A DNA stretch of 64,000 nucleotides, taken from positions 1 through 64,000 of the forward strand of contig NW_020844822.1 of NCBI RefSeq assembly GCF_003704095.1, read 5' to 3'. Under the pieces are notes generated by a model. That model saw only the letters and a program-made list of their open reading frames with translations, was not told the DNA's origin and did not search any database. The translations under genes and the position numbers were made by a program. Of this stretch, positions 1-12,700 are shown piece by piece (position 1 is the stretch's first letter; each line of letters begins with the position of its first letter). The stretch comes from Pocillopora damicornis. Lineage: Eukaryota.

Positions 1-88
1 TTTCGGCTCGTCACGAGCGTAGGACAAAGAAAATACTCGGAGTGCCCATGGGGAATCGAGCGTCAGACCTTCGGATTCCGCGCTCCGA
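1..88 (-). mobile_element. tRNA-derived SINE fragment
   Basis: Reverse complement reads TCGGAGCGCGGAATCCGAAGGTCTGACGCTCGATTCCCCATGGG..., a tRNA-like head with a degenerate B-box followed by non-tRNA body. Not a complete cloverleaf. Confidence 0.55.
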
Positions 89-717
89 AAGTTGAATAGT
101 CATTGACATCCGCATAATGAGATAAAAAACAATTTCGCATTCCAACTTACTTACCATAGTAATAGGAGAAATGGCCGTGGTGTATAGATGAAAGGAAACT
201 CCATAATAAAGTTGGCAGATTGTGACCTTTAGAAAAGGGAAATAACTGGAATTTTTCCCTTCCCTTTCTTACCCTTTCATTTTTCCCTCGTCACGCTTTC
301 CTTCCTTCCGTCCTTATTTTATTTCCATTTTTTTGAGGTTATTTCCTCTTTCGCCACGAAAAGGGATTCTTGATCAAACTGTAGCTGCGGGCAAAGGAAA
401 TTTCCTCAACGAGCTCGGCGGAAATAAAATCCCTAGAATCACTCGCGATGACATTCTCCCAGAAGCGAACCGCGTTTCTATGGCATCAAGTGAAGCAAAT
501 GAAACTGTAGGGGGTGGGTGTAAGGAAATCTTAATTCTACACATCTATAAGGTTTTTACATACATCATATTTCTCTGTCCAAAGACAGCTCCCAAAATGA
601 CTATTCGTATTTCTCATAACTGCATTATGTTTGTTTCTTGTCTGAAAATGTGAGCCTTTGTGCGTATTCACCAACAATGATATCTTCCCCCTCCCCTGTC
701 AAATTTACTGCAAAGCG

Positions 718-725
718 ACACGTCA
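718..725 (-). promoter_or_regulatory. TGACGTGT (CREB3/CrebA/UPRE-like) site 55 bp upstream of the TANGO1 ATG
   Basis: ACACGTCA on the + strand. The start codon also lies within AAGATGGCGG (YY1-like). Confidence 0.4.
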
Positions 726-779
726 GCTACGTAACAATAGAGCGAGCAGGCGCAGTTCGGTGGAGATGCTTCTTCAAAG

Positions 780-3700
780 ATGGCGGAAAAGTTGGTAGTG
801 CTAACTTTTTTACTACTTTTTGTAAGTTTTCAACCGGTGATTTCCGAAGAAGCTGTAGATCAAGGATGTAAGTACTGAGGAGACTTTTTAATTTAGCAAA
901 AATCTTATAAAAATATTTTTGCCCCGGAGAAAACTTACTTTTAGGAGATCAGACACGCGCACGGAAAAAGACACGAGCACCAGCGAGCAAACCGCAAAAG
1001 ATTGAAATGAAAACTAAAATGCCTAGTGCTGAGTATTTCAGGAATTGTTTTGTATTCTGGTGTGCGAGATCAGAGTTCTGTTTGGGAAAATTGATAATCG
1101 CGCGGAAACACTTGGGTTTTGGTTTGAATTGATACATTCCCGGGAAATTTCCGGAAAAATGATCGATTGTTCGCTGGCGTGTAGGTATTTTCGTTATTAT
1201 TTATACCTTTCCGTTGAAAATTCATTACAGATTTTACTGCGCTTGGAAATGTCATCAGTTTGCACACATGGAAAATATTCGCAAACATTTCTCAGTGTTT
1301 AAATTAATTTTTTTTCAGCGAAACTCGAGTGCTACCCAACTAGAGTGAAGTATTGAATGAAACTCTTTATTTGCAATTTGTGGATTTTTCAGCGATGCTC
1401 CTTCGTCGTCAGGCTCCTCTGATTAAAATTTTTCCTAAGTTAAAGTCCACCTACCTACCACAGACAGAACTGTGGCCAATGCAGAGAGATGGATCTTAGC
1501 GTGGGGAAAAAATTTTGTTTCAGAAGAGCATTACAATGAAGAAGCATTACTGTGCTAGTTTAAATGGTGAATTTTTTTCTGGACTCATACCCACAGTTTA
1601 TGCACATAGCAAGATTGGACTGGTTTAATTTTGGGCAGAGTAATTTTTTTAATTGTCATCATTATGCTGTGTTCTTATTTTGTTTTTTATTGTTGTTGTT
1701 GTTGTGTAGCAATTAAAACAGAAGACGATCAAAATTTCAACGATTTGAGTCCGGCCTTTGAGCCGGGCTCCTACGTGGAGAATATTGTAGAGAACTCTCT
1801 TTCCACAAGAGGTAAGGCCCTAGAGCTGTGAAATTTTTTTTTTATTAAATAGTGGCTGTTTGCATGGAGATATATGGAGGCAATCGCTGACAAAGAAGCT
1901 GTTCCACCTCCTACCATATGAGTGAATTTTTGTTCAGCTGTGCACCATAAAAAGTTAATTTTTTTTCTTTCAGGTCTCACAGAGAAAAGTATCCGTGCGG
2001 CTCAATACCATAAGCACACAGAAGAACCAGTAGCTTATGAAGAGAGCAGAGATATTCCTGATGAGCAGGTGTGTGTTATTCCTTTCATCCAGCTTAACCT
2101 TTTTACTCCTAAGAGTGATCAAAGAAAAATTTCTCCTGACAGTATCAATACATTTTCAAGCAAAGGGGTTATAAGAAGAGAACAAATATCAACTAAGGGA
2201 TATTGTTCGATTTAGCACCAAATTCTCAACCAAAACTTATAAGAAATCTACAACAGACAGTGCAGAGATTTTATATTTTGATATTGAGAGCAAAAGGATT
2301 AACTTTGTTTGAGTGATTGATATCTCAGGGCTGTGTTCCAGCTGCACCTGGTAGCCCCTGGCACTTTTTCCTGCTCTTGGACAACTAAGGAATCATAGTT
2401 TTTTCATTAAGAGTGTATACTGGGCATGCTGGATTTCACAATTTCAGAGTAATGGGCTCCCTTTGTTTTTTCTTTGAGCACAGCCTTGTACATGTATATG
2501 TGTAAGAAAAATAGGGCCTTATCTAAAACCCAGTAATTCAGAGCTTGTNNNNNNNNNNNNNNNNNNNNNNNNNNNNNNNNNNNNNNNNNNNNNNNNNNNN
2601 NNNNNNNNNNNNNNNNNNNNNCACCATTTCATATGGTTTCTTATTTATAATACTGGTAAGAGTGATGCACTGTAAGAGTAAATTGTCTTTCTCTTGGAAA
2701 AAAAAGCACAATGACTTGGCCTGTCATGAACTCCAGCCTCTTAAATCAGTATCTCTCCATTAGTCCAATGTCTCCTGCAATCTGTTTGCTGGTAGCATCA
2801 CATTGTGAGTAGAAGGTTTATCAGTTCTGGGAATTATTAGGTCATAGATAGGGTAATAATGGACAGAGGTTATGGATGCTGGTTAGAACACAGACTGATA
2901 AGCCGAAGATAGAAGATAAGAAGTACATATATAAAAAAGCCAAACGGCAAGCTTCTGTTTTTTACCGCAGGCCCCAACTAAAGCTCCTGAGGAGAGCAAG
3001 GGTAGCCCAGGATTTTTTTCACAAATTTATTCAGAACTGACTCATTTTTACAATGATGATGACCCTGATGATGGTGATTCTGAGACTCCATCTGATGAAG
3101 AGGAGGCCGAGGAGGGCGAATTAGAAGATGGTGAACAAGAAGAAGAAAATGAGAAAACAATCACTAATGGTGATGATGAAACAACATCAAGAGAGAATTC
3201 CCAAAATGGTGAATCAGTAGACAATAAAGAAGAACAGAAAGAGGAGGAGCAAATTGATATTGCTAATGATGAAACACCATACGGAGAAGAGGAAGCCATA
3301 GATGGCAAATCAGCAGACAGTGGAAAAGACCAGAAAGGAGAAGAAAAAATAGATAGTGCTGATATCGAAGCACCATCAAAGGAAGAGGAGGCCTTAGATG
3401 GTGAACCAGGAAAAAATATAAATGAATCAAAAAATGAAGAAAAAGCATGTAATGCTAATGTTGAATCACTATCTGGGGAGGAGGCCCTAGATAGTGAATC
3501 AGAAAAAAATATAAAAGAAGTAAAAAATGAACAAAAAAATGAGACTGCTGTTGGTGAGGCAGTTGATGAGGAGAATGTTAAGAGTGAGTCTGAATTTAGA
3601 TCGGAGTCAGACAACTCTGAAGATACCATGGAAAAAACTGTAGAGAAGGAGACTGATTTCAAAGAGAGCAAAGAGGAGATTAAGTCTGAGTCTGAACTGG

Positions 3701-6700
3701 AGATTGGCCATACTGAGAATGTCATCGCTAAACCTTCAAGTGAGGAGGCCATAGAAGAGGATATTGATAGCAAGAAGGAGAATCAACAGGATTTATTGAA
3801 CAAACAGTTTGTGTTTGATGAAGATCTATCTTTGGAATCAGCTGATGTAACGTCTGAAAGTGCAAAACCTGAAATTCCTGTGGAAACAAAAGGACTGGAA
3901 ACTGATAACACTGAGGAAAGTGGCAAGGAACAAGAACATACACAGCAAGAGCCAGAGGATGGATGCCCTGCATTTGAGAAGAATGACGAGAAGAGTGAAG
4001 GAATGGAAATAAAAAATGGGTGGTTCAAACTTTCCGATGAGGAGTTGGAGCACTTGCGAGTTAAGAGAAAGGAAGTTAATGAAGAAGACAATACTTACTC
4101 TAGGAAGGCAGAGGAACTCATTGAGGAGCAGAAGAGAGAGTCATTGTTGGAAAAGGAAAGGAGAATTGCTGAAGAGCAAGAAAAGAGGAAGGAGGATGAG
4201 GAAAAGATCATTAAATCTGAGTCACTAAAAGAATCAGCTGATTCTCCAAAAGAAGAGGAAGATCAAATACAAGAGGAGTTTGCCAGGAAGATAAGACTTG
4301 AGTCTTTGAAAGAGCAATTCAAGCAGGTAGAAGCAAATGAGAAGAAGGAAGATAAGAGGCAAACAAAAAAGGAAGTTAAAGAATCAGCAGATTCTCCAAA
4401 GGAAGAGAAAGATCAAAAACAAGAGGAGTTTGCCAGGAAGATAAGACACGCTTCTTTAAAAGAGCAACACAAGCAGGTGGAAGCCAATGAGAAGAAGGAT
4501 GACAAGAGGAAAATGAAGGAGAAAGCTGAAGAACCAGCAGATTCTCCAAGGGAAGAGAAAGATCAAATACAAGAGGAGTTTGCCAGGAAGATAAGACATG
4601 CTTCTTTGAAAGAGCAACACAAGCAGGTGGAAGCCAATGAGAAGAAGGACGACAAGAGGCAAATGAAGAAGAAATTTGAAAAGGAAAGACAAAACTCTAT
4701 AAAGAGAGAAAATGGAATCAAAGTAAAAGATAACGGTGCAAAGAAGGAGGTTCCTCACTATGAAAGGGTTCAAAGAAAGCAAAAACCACGGAAAGATGAG
4801 GCTGAACCTTCTCAGGAGAATGGAAACCAAAGAAAAAAGCATGATGAGGAAGAAGAGCATAGAAAACGAAAGGGTGCATTTGACAAAAATGTAGCTGAAG
4901 AAGCTGCTCTGAAGAAAAAACTGGAACAATTAAGTGAGGAAAGGAAAAAGTATGAGAAACTGGCAGCAGAGTATTCTCACAGCAAGAAGCAAAGACAAGC
5001 CCAACAGCCACGGGGAAAACCTTTGGCTAGTCAAGCCCCAAAACCTAAGTCCAGAACATCTGCAACTGTATCAAGTGGTCAAGGTTGGTGTAAATATTTA
5101 CAATGTTTGTGTATATCCATTTTAGTAAACATGACTGCAGCAAAATTTAATCCTTAGGACCCTAAGAGTAATTAGTATTTAATTTCTCCTCGCAGTATCT
5201 CACCCAAATCACACGCCAAGGTCATGAGAATAAAGGAAATGATCAACAACTTAAAAAAAACTCTTAAACAAATTTTCCTCGTCAGTGCCATTGGAAATGC
5301 AAAGAGAGTAGCATGGGGAAGATGCAAATTGATTTTAGAGTGTAGAGGGTTACATGACATTTACCCCTTTCCTGATTTTTAATACTCAAGAGGGGGGATG
5401 GTTGGGCTGGGGAGGGGTAATGTAATGATGTAATGAAATCCAAGGAATCGTGGGCTTCTACTTCTCACAAAAGTTTTGTCCTACAAAATAACTCTGATTT
5501 TTTTCCTGCAGGAAAATCAGGAGTGAATACACAGGATAGAAGACCTCAGAGAACTCAGCAAACTCCAAAAGTTCAAAGAACTCAGGTACCCCCTACAAGA
5601 GCTACAATCAGAGATGGGGAAATTGGGGCTTCACTGTCCACTGATGCAGCCTATGTTACCCCTAAAAGTGTGACTGCCAGCACTATGGGTGTGTCTGGTA
5701 CAGAAACAGGTACCACAGGGCGTGGGAAGGGTACAGTTGCACCAGGAACATCCACTAGGGCTAATTCTTCCTTGCTTCCTACTGCCTCCCTAGAGGAGGC
5801 AGTAGAAGAATCAACTCCAGTTGAGCCTGTCCAGAGATCAGTGGCAGATGATGGAGTGCCTGGTCACACTGATACCAAAGTGGAGTCTCATCCCACTGTA
5901 GAGACAACAGGAACAACTTCCAAAGCAACAAACCATGAGAGTGAGCGTTCAAGCTCTGTGCATCTGGTTCAACTTGAAGAACAAATCCCTAAAAACGATG
6001 TCCACTGTGCTGATGGTGAGAACATTAAGTTATTATTTCTTGTATTTCACAGCCTGGGTTTAATTAGGGGAAAATATTCACTTAATAAAAAAATTCCCTT
6101 TTGATCAAACATGTTTGCTTAAATTAATATCACAGTGAATGATTTTGTTTTTAGGCTTTTGTCGTGCAAAACCTGAGGTAATTTCACTGGCCTCTCGTTT
6201 CCAACAAGTGGAAAAGAAATCAACTGTTGGTTTGGTGGAACCTCCATTGAAAGACAATGCTTCTCAAGCTAAAGATGCACCCAGTGGATTTGCCAACTTT
6301 ATGAAAGGTTTCCGCAATTTTCATGAGGTGTCATTGCAGTTTATCCTCCAGTATTGGCCCTCTGTGAAAAATGCAACCAAAAACTTGCTGTCACGTGTGG
6401 GCTTAGACCAGGTGAGCACCCAATCAAACACTAAGGTCAGGAGAATAAAGGAAGTGATCACCATCGAAAGAAGATGTTGATTGTTAAACAAGTTCTCTTT
6501 GGCAGCACCTTGGGAAATGTATGAAGAACAGTATAGAGAATATGCATACTGATGTTAGGATGTAAAAGGTTAAATTCCCTGATTGTGACCTTTTGGAATT
6601 TCCAGGCATTTGAGCAGCTTTGTAAGGATCTCGCAGATGTTCACCCTGCTGTCCTGTTGTCAACAGTTGTGTTTGGTACATTGGGTATCCTGTACTTTTT

Positions 6701-9700
6701 CTGGTCTATCACTGTAAGTACTCTGGCTATGTACATTAATCCTTACTCTGACTGCATGAAAGCCGCTACAAAATTCAAGGTTTTTTGCATACGTTATTTC
6801 TCGAAAACAAAGCGCAAACCAGCGAAAAAACAACAAAACAGTGTATATCGAGTAAAACTAAGTCCACATGCCAAAATTCAACTACTTCCGAACACTTTCA
6901 AAAATGGCCAAAAAATCAAGGGATCGTTCTTGCTCTGAGCCTTTCAGTTGTTATTCTCCTAAGATTGTGCTCTCGCAGCAGAAGAAATCTCTTCAACTAC
7001 AATCAACCCTTTACCCATAAGAGTAACTAGCATCAGACTTCTCCTTACAATAGCACTCATGAACCATACATTCACCCTTTAACTCCCATGAGTGACCAAG
7101 ACAGAATTTCTCCTTACAATATCAATACAACATCATTCAGATAAGCAATGAGAATAAAGAAAAATATCAATTTGGGATAATTAGTTCATCCAATACTAAA
7201 TTCTCTGAACTAACATTGTAAGAATTGTATGGTTGAAAGAAAGGAGAATTACAAATTTGATCTGGGAGTTAAAGGGTTAAGGTGACAAGAATTAGGAAAA
7301 TGATCAGAAGTGCAAGAAGTTTTTTGTTTGCCAAACAACTTTTCCTTCTCCCTAGCACATAAGGAAATATATAGAGAATAGTGTGGAAATTATATGCGTA
7401 TTGATGTTAGCTAGCAAAAGGGTAAAAAAATCACATGTGTATTCCAGTTTACCTTCTGGCATTGAAAGAATACTTCTTGTGGTGGTTGACACATCCATGA
7501 TTTCCTGTAAATTAACTGAGGTAATATATTTTTCTTTATTTCCACTGGCAGTTTGGAAGGATGGGAAATGGCACCCATGGACCCAATCCTCGTGGTAAGT
7601 GATTGAAAAGTAACTTCTTATAACAATACCACAATATCTATTCAAGGTATCTGTAATGAGAATTCATGGCAAAGTGAGATGTTGAATTAAAATTATTGAT
7701 GTGGAAGAGAAATCTTGCAGGAAGAGATCATTTTGACCAACAATCCTCATTTCAAAGGATTTATTTTTATCTGTTTTTGTTCACTATATATAATGAAATT
7801 TGGATTTTCCCCTGGTGCTGGTTGGTTACATTGACTTGTTATTTCTTGAAACACTCACAGACTCAGTGCAAAGTATTGCAGTAATGAAAATATGTGGGAG
7901 GTGTTTCTGCTTAAGAAAATTATTGGTAGTAACAATCCTGATAACTTTTCAGAATGATTTCACTAATTTGATTTCTTTAGATGTGCTGAAAAGTCATGAA
8001 GCTAGAGTACGCTTCTTGGAAGAGGAGGTTGAGTCATTGAAGGCAGAAAGACTTAAGATGGAAATGGACCGAAATAATTACCATAAAGAGGTACTATAAT
8101 ATACAAATAAGATCTTTAAGGGGGCTGCCATTTTATGTGATGTGGATTTGTACAACTCCAAGCTGCAACTGCTTTCATTTGGTTACCATGATGAGAAGAA
8201 TTAAAATGTCACAAGATGATTCCAAAACAAGATGGTCGATGCTAATTTTTTTTTTTTTTACCTTTATTAATGCCTTGTCTCTTTTTAGAAACTCATTGCA
8301 GAGGAAGAATCGCGCAACTTGCGTTCAAATACAGAAATCCTTACAAGAGCAGTGGAGAAACTGCAGGTTAGTTATCAGAAAAGAAGTTTTGGACTTGATC
8401 TTATTTCCTCTTTAGTCCTTGACAAATTAGATTGATTGGAGCTTGGTGCACTGGACTGGAAATGTAATCATGGGATAGACTGACTTCCTGTCAAGGGGGG
8501 AGCACTGCTAGTCGGCTCACGCAACCAGGACAGGAATAAGTTCAATTTCAATGGGCCTTAGTGTTCATAAGCTTAACTAATCTTGCACCACTCTCTTTAT
8601 CATAGAAATGAAGCTGTTTATTTTTTGCTGAGAGATATGAACTGACAAATTTTTGCTATGATGTAATGTTTATAAGTTTCTTTTTCATGCTGTTTGTTTG
8701 TTTATTGTATGTGTTGATTATTGCAGAAAGAAAGGCAGGAGATGCAATTGGAAATCAAAAGCACGCAGGAAAATTTGAAAGGACTTGAAGTTGTTCTCAA
8801 GGAGAAAGATCATGAAATTGCCAACCATGAAAATGCGGTGAGAGCTCAGCTCTGTACAAGTATTTAACCCTTCAGCTCTCAAGATCTGACTGCTGATTCT
8901 CCCCTATATATTTCTCCCCCTATATATTTCCTTAAAAATCATTTACAAGAATTTGGTGTTCGATCAAGATAACTTCCAGTTGATAAGTTTGCGCTTAGCC
9001 AATGAAAAGTAAGGAAAAATTATATCACATGATAGGAAATAATATTAAATATACTACTGGGGTACCTCTTTTACATTATTTAGTTTTTTGTTCAGTTATA
9101 TAATCAATTAGAATGTTGACATATTATTATTTTTATTTTTACAGATTGCAAACTTGAATTTTAAGATTGGAACACTGGATGATGAAATTGTCAAGGTGAT
9201 AGATTCAGTGTAAAAGTTCATGGAGAGGCCCTCTTTTAAATGTCATACTGTATTTAACAGTCATCAAGTATTGTAAGGAGTTATGTAAAATGTATTTGTT
9301 TGTTTGTTTGTTTTTAGTTAAATGATCATAGCGATAGAATGCAGATGGAGAAGGAGGCACACAAAGAACATATTGGAAAACTGAATGAGAAGATCGAACA
9401 TGCTAACATTGAGCATCAGAAGGTGTGTGGTGGTGATCGTCTTGGTTTATGATCAAATTTCGCTGTTTTTTTTTTTTCTCTTTTTTGTTTTGGTTTTTTT
9501 TTTTTGCAACTCTGAAATTATTAGTCGTAAAGGGCTAGGAAATTCTTATGTGTTTTTCTGACTATTTCTTTCATCTTATAAAACAGCTCCAAACTATTCT
9601 GGCAGAGATGGAGGAAAAGTAAGTTATAGCGGATTGTGTTTGTTATATTCTTTTGATTACCTTCCTCTGCGTGCAAGAGTTTTTTGTGTGATTCAATTGA

Positions 9701-12700
9701 TATGAAAATGATGTTATTGCAGGAAGCAAGTGCTTCAAACAGGGTGTGATGATCAGTCGCTGCGTCTGTCTGACCTCCAACAGCAATACGAATTTAAATG
9801 CAATGAGATTGAGGTGTGTACAGTACCTGTCTTGTATCTGATGATTTGATCATTTGGTTTGATCACTTGAGATGTAAACAATGTAAACTAAATGGTCTGC
9901 TGGAACTTTTTCTTGGCAGGTGTTGAAGGATTGCTTCAAGCAAATCAAATTACAGGATGGTGAGGAAGAACCAGGTAAGTTTTACCTAAATATGTTGTTA
10001 TCAAAATGTAATTGAAATTTGGAAATTTTTTTTGATGTTGCATAATAATAATTTAATATGGGTTCACTTTTGTGTTTTGGTCGATAATGTTATGTGGGAA
10101 GTTGTACTTTTAGTTGTTAAATAAATCATATATGTCTTTATTTTTTTTCTTTTAACAGATGAAGAGGAAATGACTGAAAGGCTACAAAACCTATTGAAAG
10201 TTCATGAGGTAAGAAACAGTTGCATTTTCCTTTATTTATCTTATCAGTGCACTACAATACTTGTGATGAAACCAGATGAGTGAACCATAAAACCCAGTAG
10301 GAAGAAGTGATAGTTTGTCACCTGTTTCAGGAATATCTGAAGACAAACAAACTAAGATTTTATAAATATATGCCATGAGGTTCTTAACCCTTCAAACCCC
10401 TTGAGGGTGACTAGCATCTAATTTCTCCATTCAATATCACCCCTGAGTCACACATTAAGGTCAGGAGAATATAAGAAATGATCATCATCTTAAGAAGCTC
10501 TTGATTGTCAAACAAATTCTCCTTGTCAGCATCTTAGGAATGAATGGAAACCAGTATAGAGAATATACATAATGATGTCAGGGTGTGTAGGGTTAAAGGC
10601 TCATTCAAACAGAGGGAGAGCTTAGGAAAGGCTAAACCTGGAAGTGATTCGGATTTGTTTCGAGCTGAATTTGAAACTTTGGATTTGGGCTATTGCAACC
10701 CATTCTTGTTTTCTCTGATTTGCAGGTGACGGAAAAGAATGACAAATTGCAAGAGAAAGTCGAGGAACTGGAGGCAGAAGCTGAAAAGCTAAGAAGGACG
10801 AACAAGATGTTTGAAGGTAAGGAATTCAGGATCGTAGCATATTTTTGAGACAGTGTTTGATGATAACATATCTAATGGTTGCCCGTGGTCCACCTCACTC
10901 CAAACAAGTCATGTTAACATTTCAAAACTATTCGTAACGAACATCTTAACGTGTGAACCAGAGCCTGTTGTATGATCATAACCTCACCTTTCTCAAGATT
11001 CCACGCTGCCGACTTTAGCACCATACACTACCCGAGGTGTGAAAGAAATTTTAGGTTCGATCTAAACCAATCATTTCTTTTCTTGCAGAGGACAATGTTG
11101 AGAAGACAGAACGAGCTGAGCTGGCCGAGAGTAAAGCTACTCAGGCCTTGCTAATACAGCGAGAAAAGGAAATTGAACTGGAGGCACTGCAGAAGTATTT
11201 CAAATCAAGTGAAGTGGAATTACACCGGTAAGAGATTGTGCCTCACGGCCGTGGATCTTGCTACCAACTTTAAGACTTCAGAATAATACGGGGTGTAGTC
11301 ATCGAAGCTACGTAGGATTTTCGAAGGTTTTGTTGCATCTGGGTGGTGCGAAAAGTTAACATTTTAATGTCGGACTGTTTCCTTTGTAGAAAAATTACAG
11401 CTGAGGAATCAACCCGAATTTCTATCGAGAATCAGCTGCATTCAGAACAAGCCAAGGCTTCCTCTGCTGTGGTAGATGCGGATAAGTACAGGTAAAGTAT
11501 TAAGTCTTCTTCATGCCTGAATTATTGTCGAGGAACTAAGCGTAATCAGCTCTTTCTGTTACACGCGTGTGAATTTAAGCGCGTGAAGTTCTGATTTTAG
11601 ATTAGACTTGATTGACTTTTGTTCGCGTATCTTTTGCAGTAAGCGTCAGTCTCAAATGTACTTTTTATATTCGCTCTTAGGCAGCTTTATCTAGACATCA
11701 AGAAACAGATTGAAGAGATCGACGAGAGCAAGAAAGAGCAGGTTGGTCTATGAAGNNNNNNNNNNNNNNNNNNNNNNNNNNNNNNNNNNNNNNNNNNNNN
11801 NNNNNNNNNNNNNNNNNNNNNNNNNNNNNNNNNNNNNNNNNNNNNNNNNNNNNNNAGTTGCTGGTAGCCATGACGACTCTGAGCGGTGAGAGGTTTCGTG
11901 GAAGTAGAAGTACAACACAGTGACCCAGCTAAAACTCGAACCCAGACCACCAATTCACAGTGTCTCCCCTCAGCGTGAATTCAGCATGATTAACTGTGAG
12001 AATATAGTGTTTCGATCGAGTTTCGAAGTAATCCAGGATCACTTTGCATTACTTTGTGGTATTATTGGTCCAGAAAACTCGCGCCACTTTATCAACCAAT
12101 CAGTTTCACAACTGAAATCAATTACGATTTGTCACTCGCGTTTTCCTGCGCTTCAAGCAGTTTGTGTTTTTACTTATCGTTTTCTTTGGTCCCTTGGGAT
12201 ATTTTCCTTTCCCCTGATTGGCTGCTGTGATCACTTTGACGTTGGTTTGACGTCACTTAATCGAAATGCACTCTAATCTTCCGAAAGAAGTCGACTTAAT
12301 TGTGAAATACTCAGTGTTGACATTAAGAGGGCGATAGTCATCAAGTTGTTTTATATTCACGTATGGGACTCTCATATTAAAATTGGAAGTTGAAAATATA
12401 ATCGTGTAAGATTGATTCTCATGGTGAAACATATTTTTTTGTTATTTTTCAGTTGATGGTCGAGATTCTCCTGCAACAATGAGGTGAATCCATGTTTTCC
12501 TTCTTCTAGTTAATTTGCATTTGTACCTAAAGTAGCAACAAATATTTGATAAGTTCATATTTAAATTAGAACGCTAAAACTATTGTTTCATTTTATTAAG
12601 CTTTCCACTTACATCGGTCGTAGCATGATTCCTTGCTAACGTAAGGTTTTAAATTTTTTCAATCCACAGTCCTATGCCTGGGGTTCCTAGTCATGGTAGC

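Noticed and set aside
3048-3773. 241-aa Ser-rich minus-strand ORF, and similar ORFs at 3783-4091 and 4456-4929
   Set aside because: Antisense shadows of the GAA/GAG/GAT-rich TANGO1 exon; no independent coding signal.
3628-5157. 509-aa ORF as a stand-alone gene
   Set aside because: It is the 3' part of TANGO1 exon 2971-5083; the frame is open upstream and the tail reads through a splice donor into a MITE.
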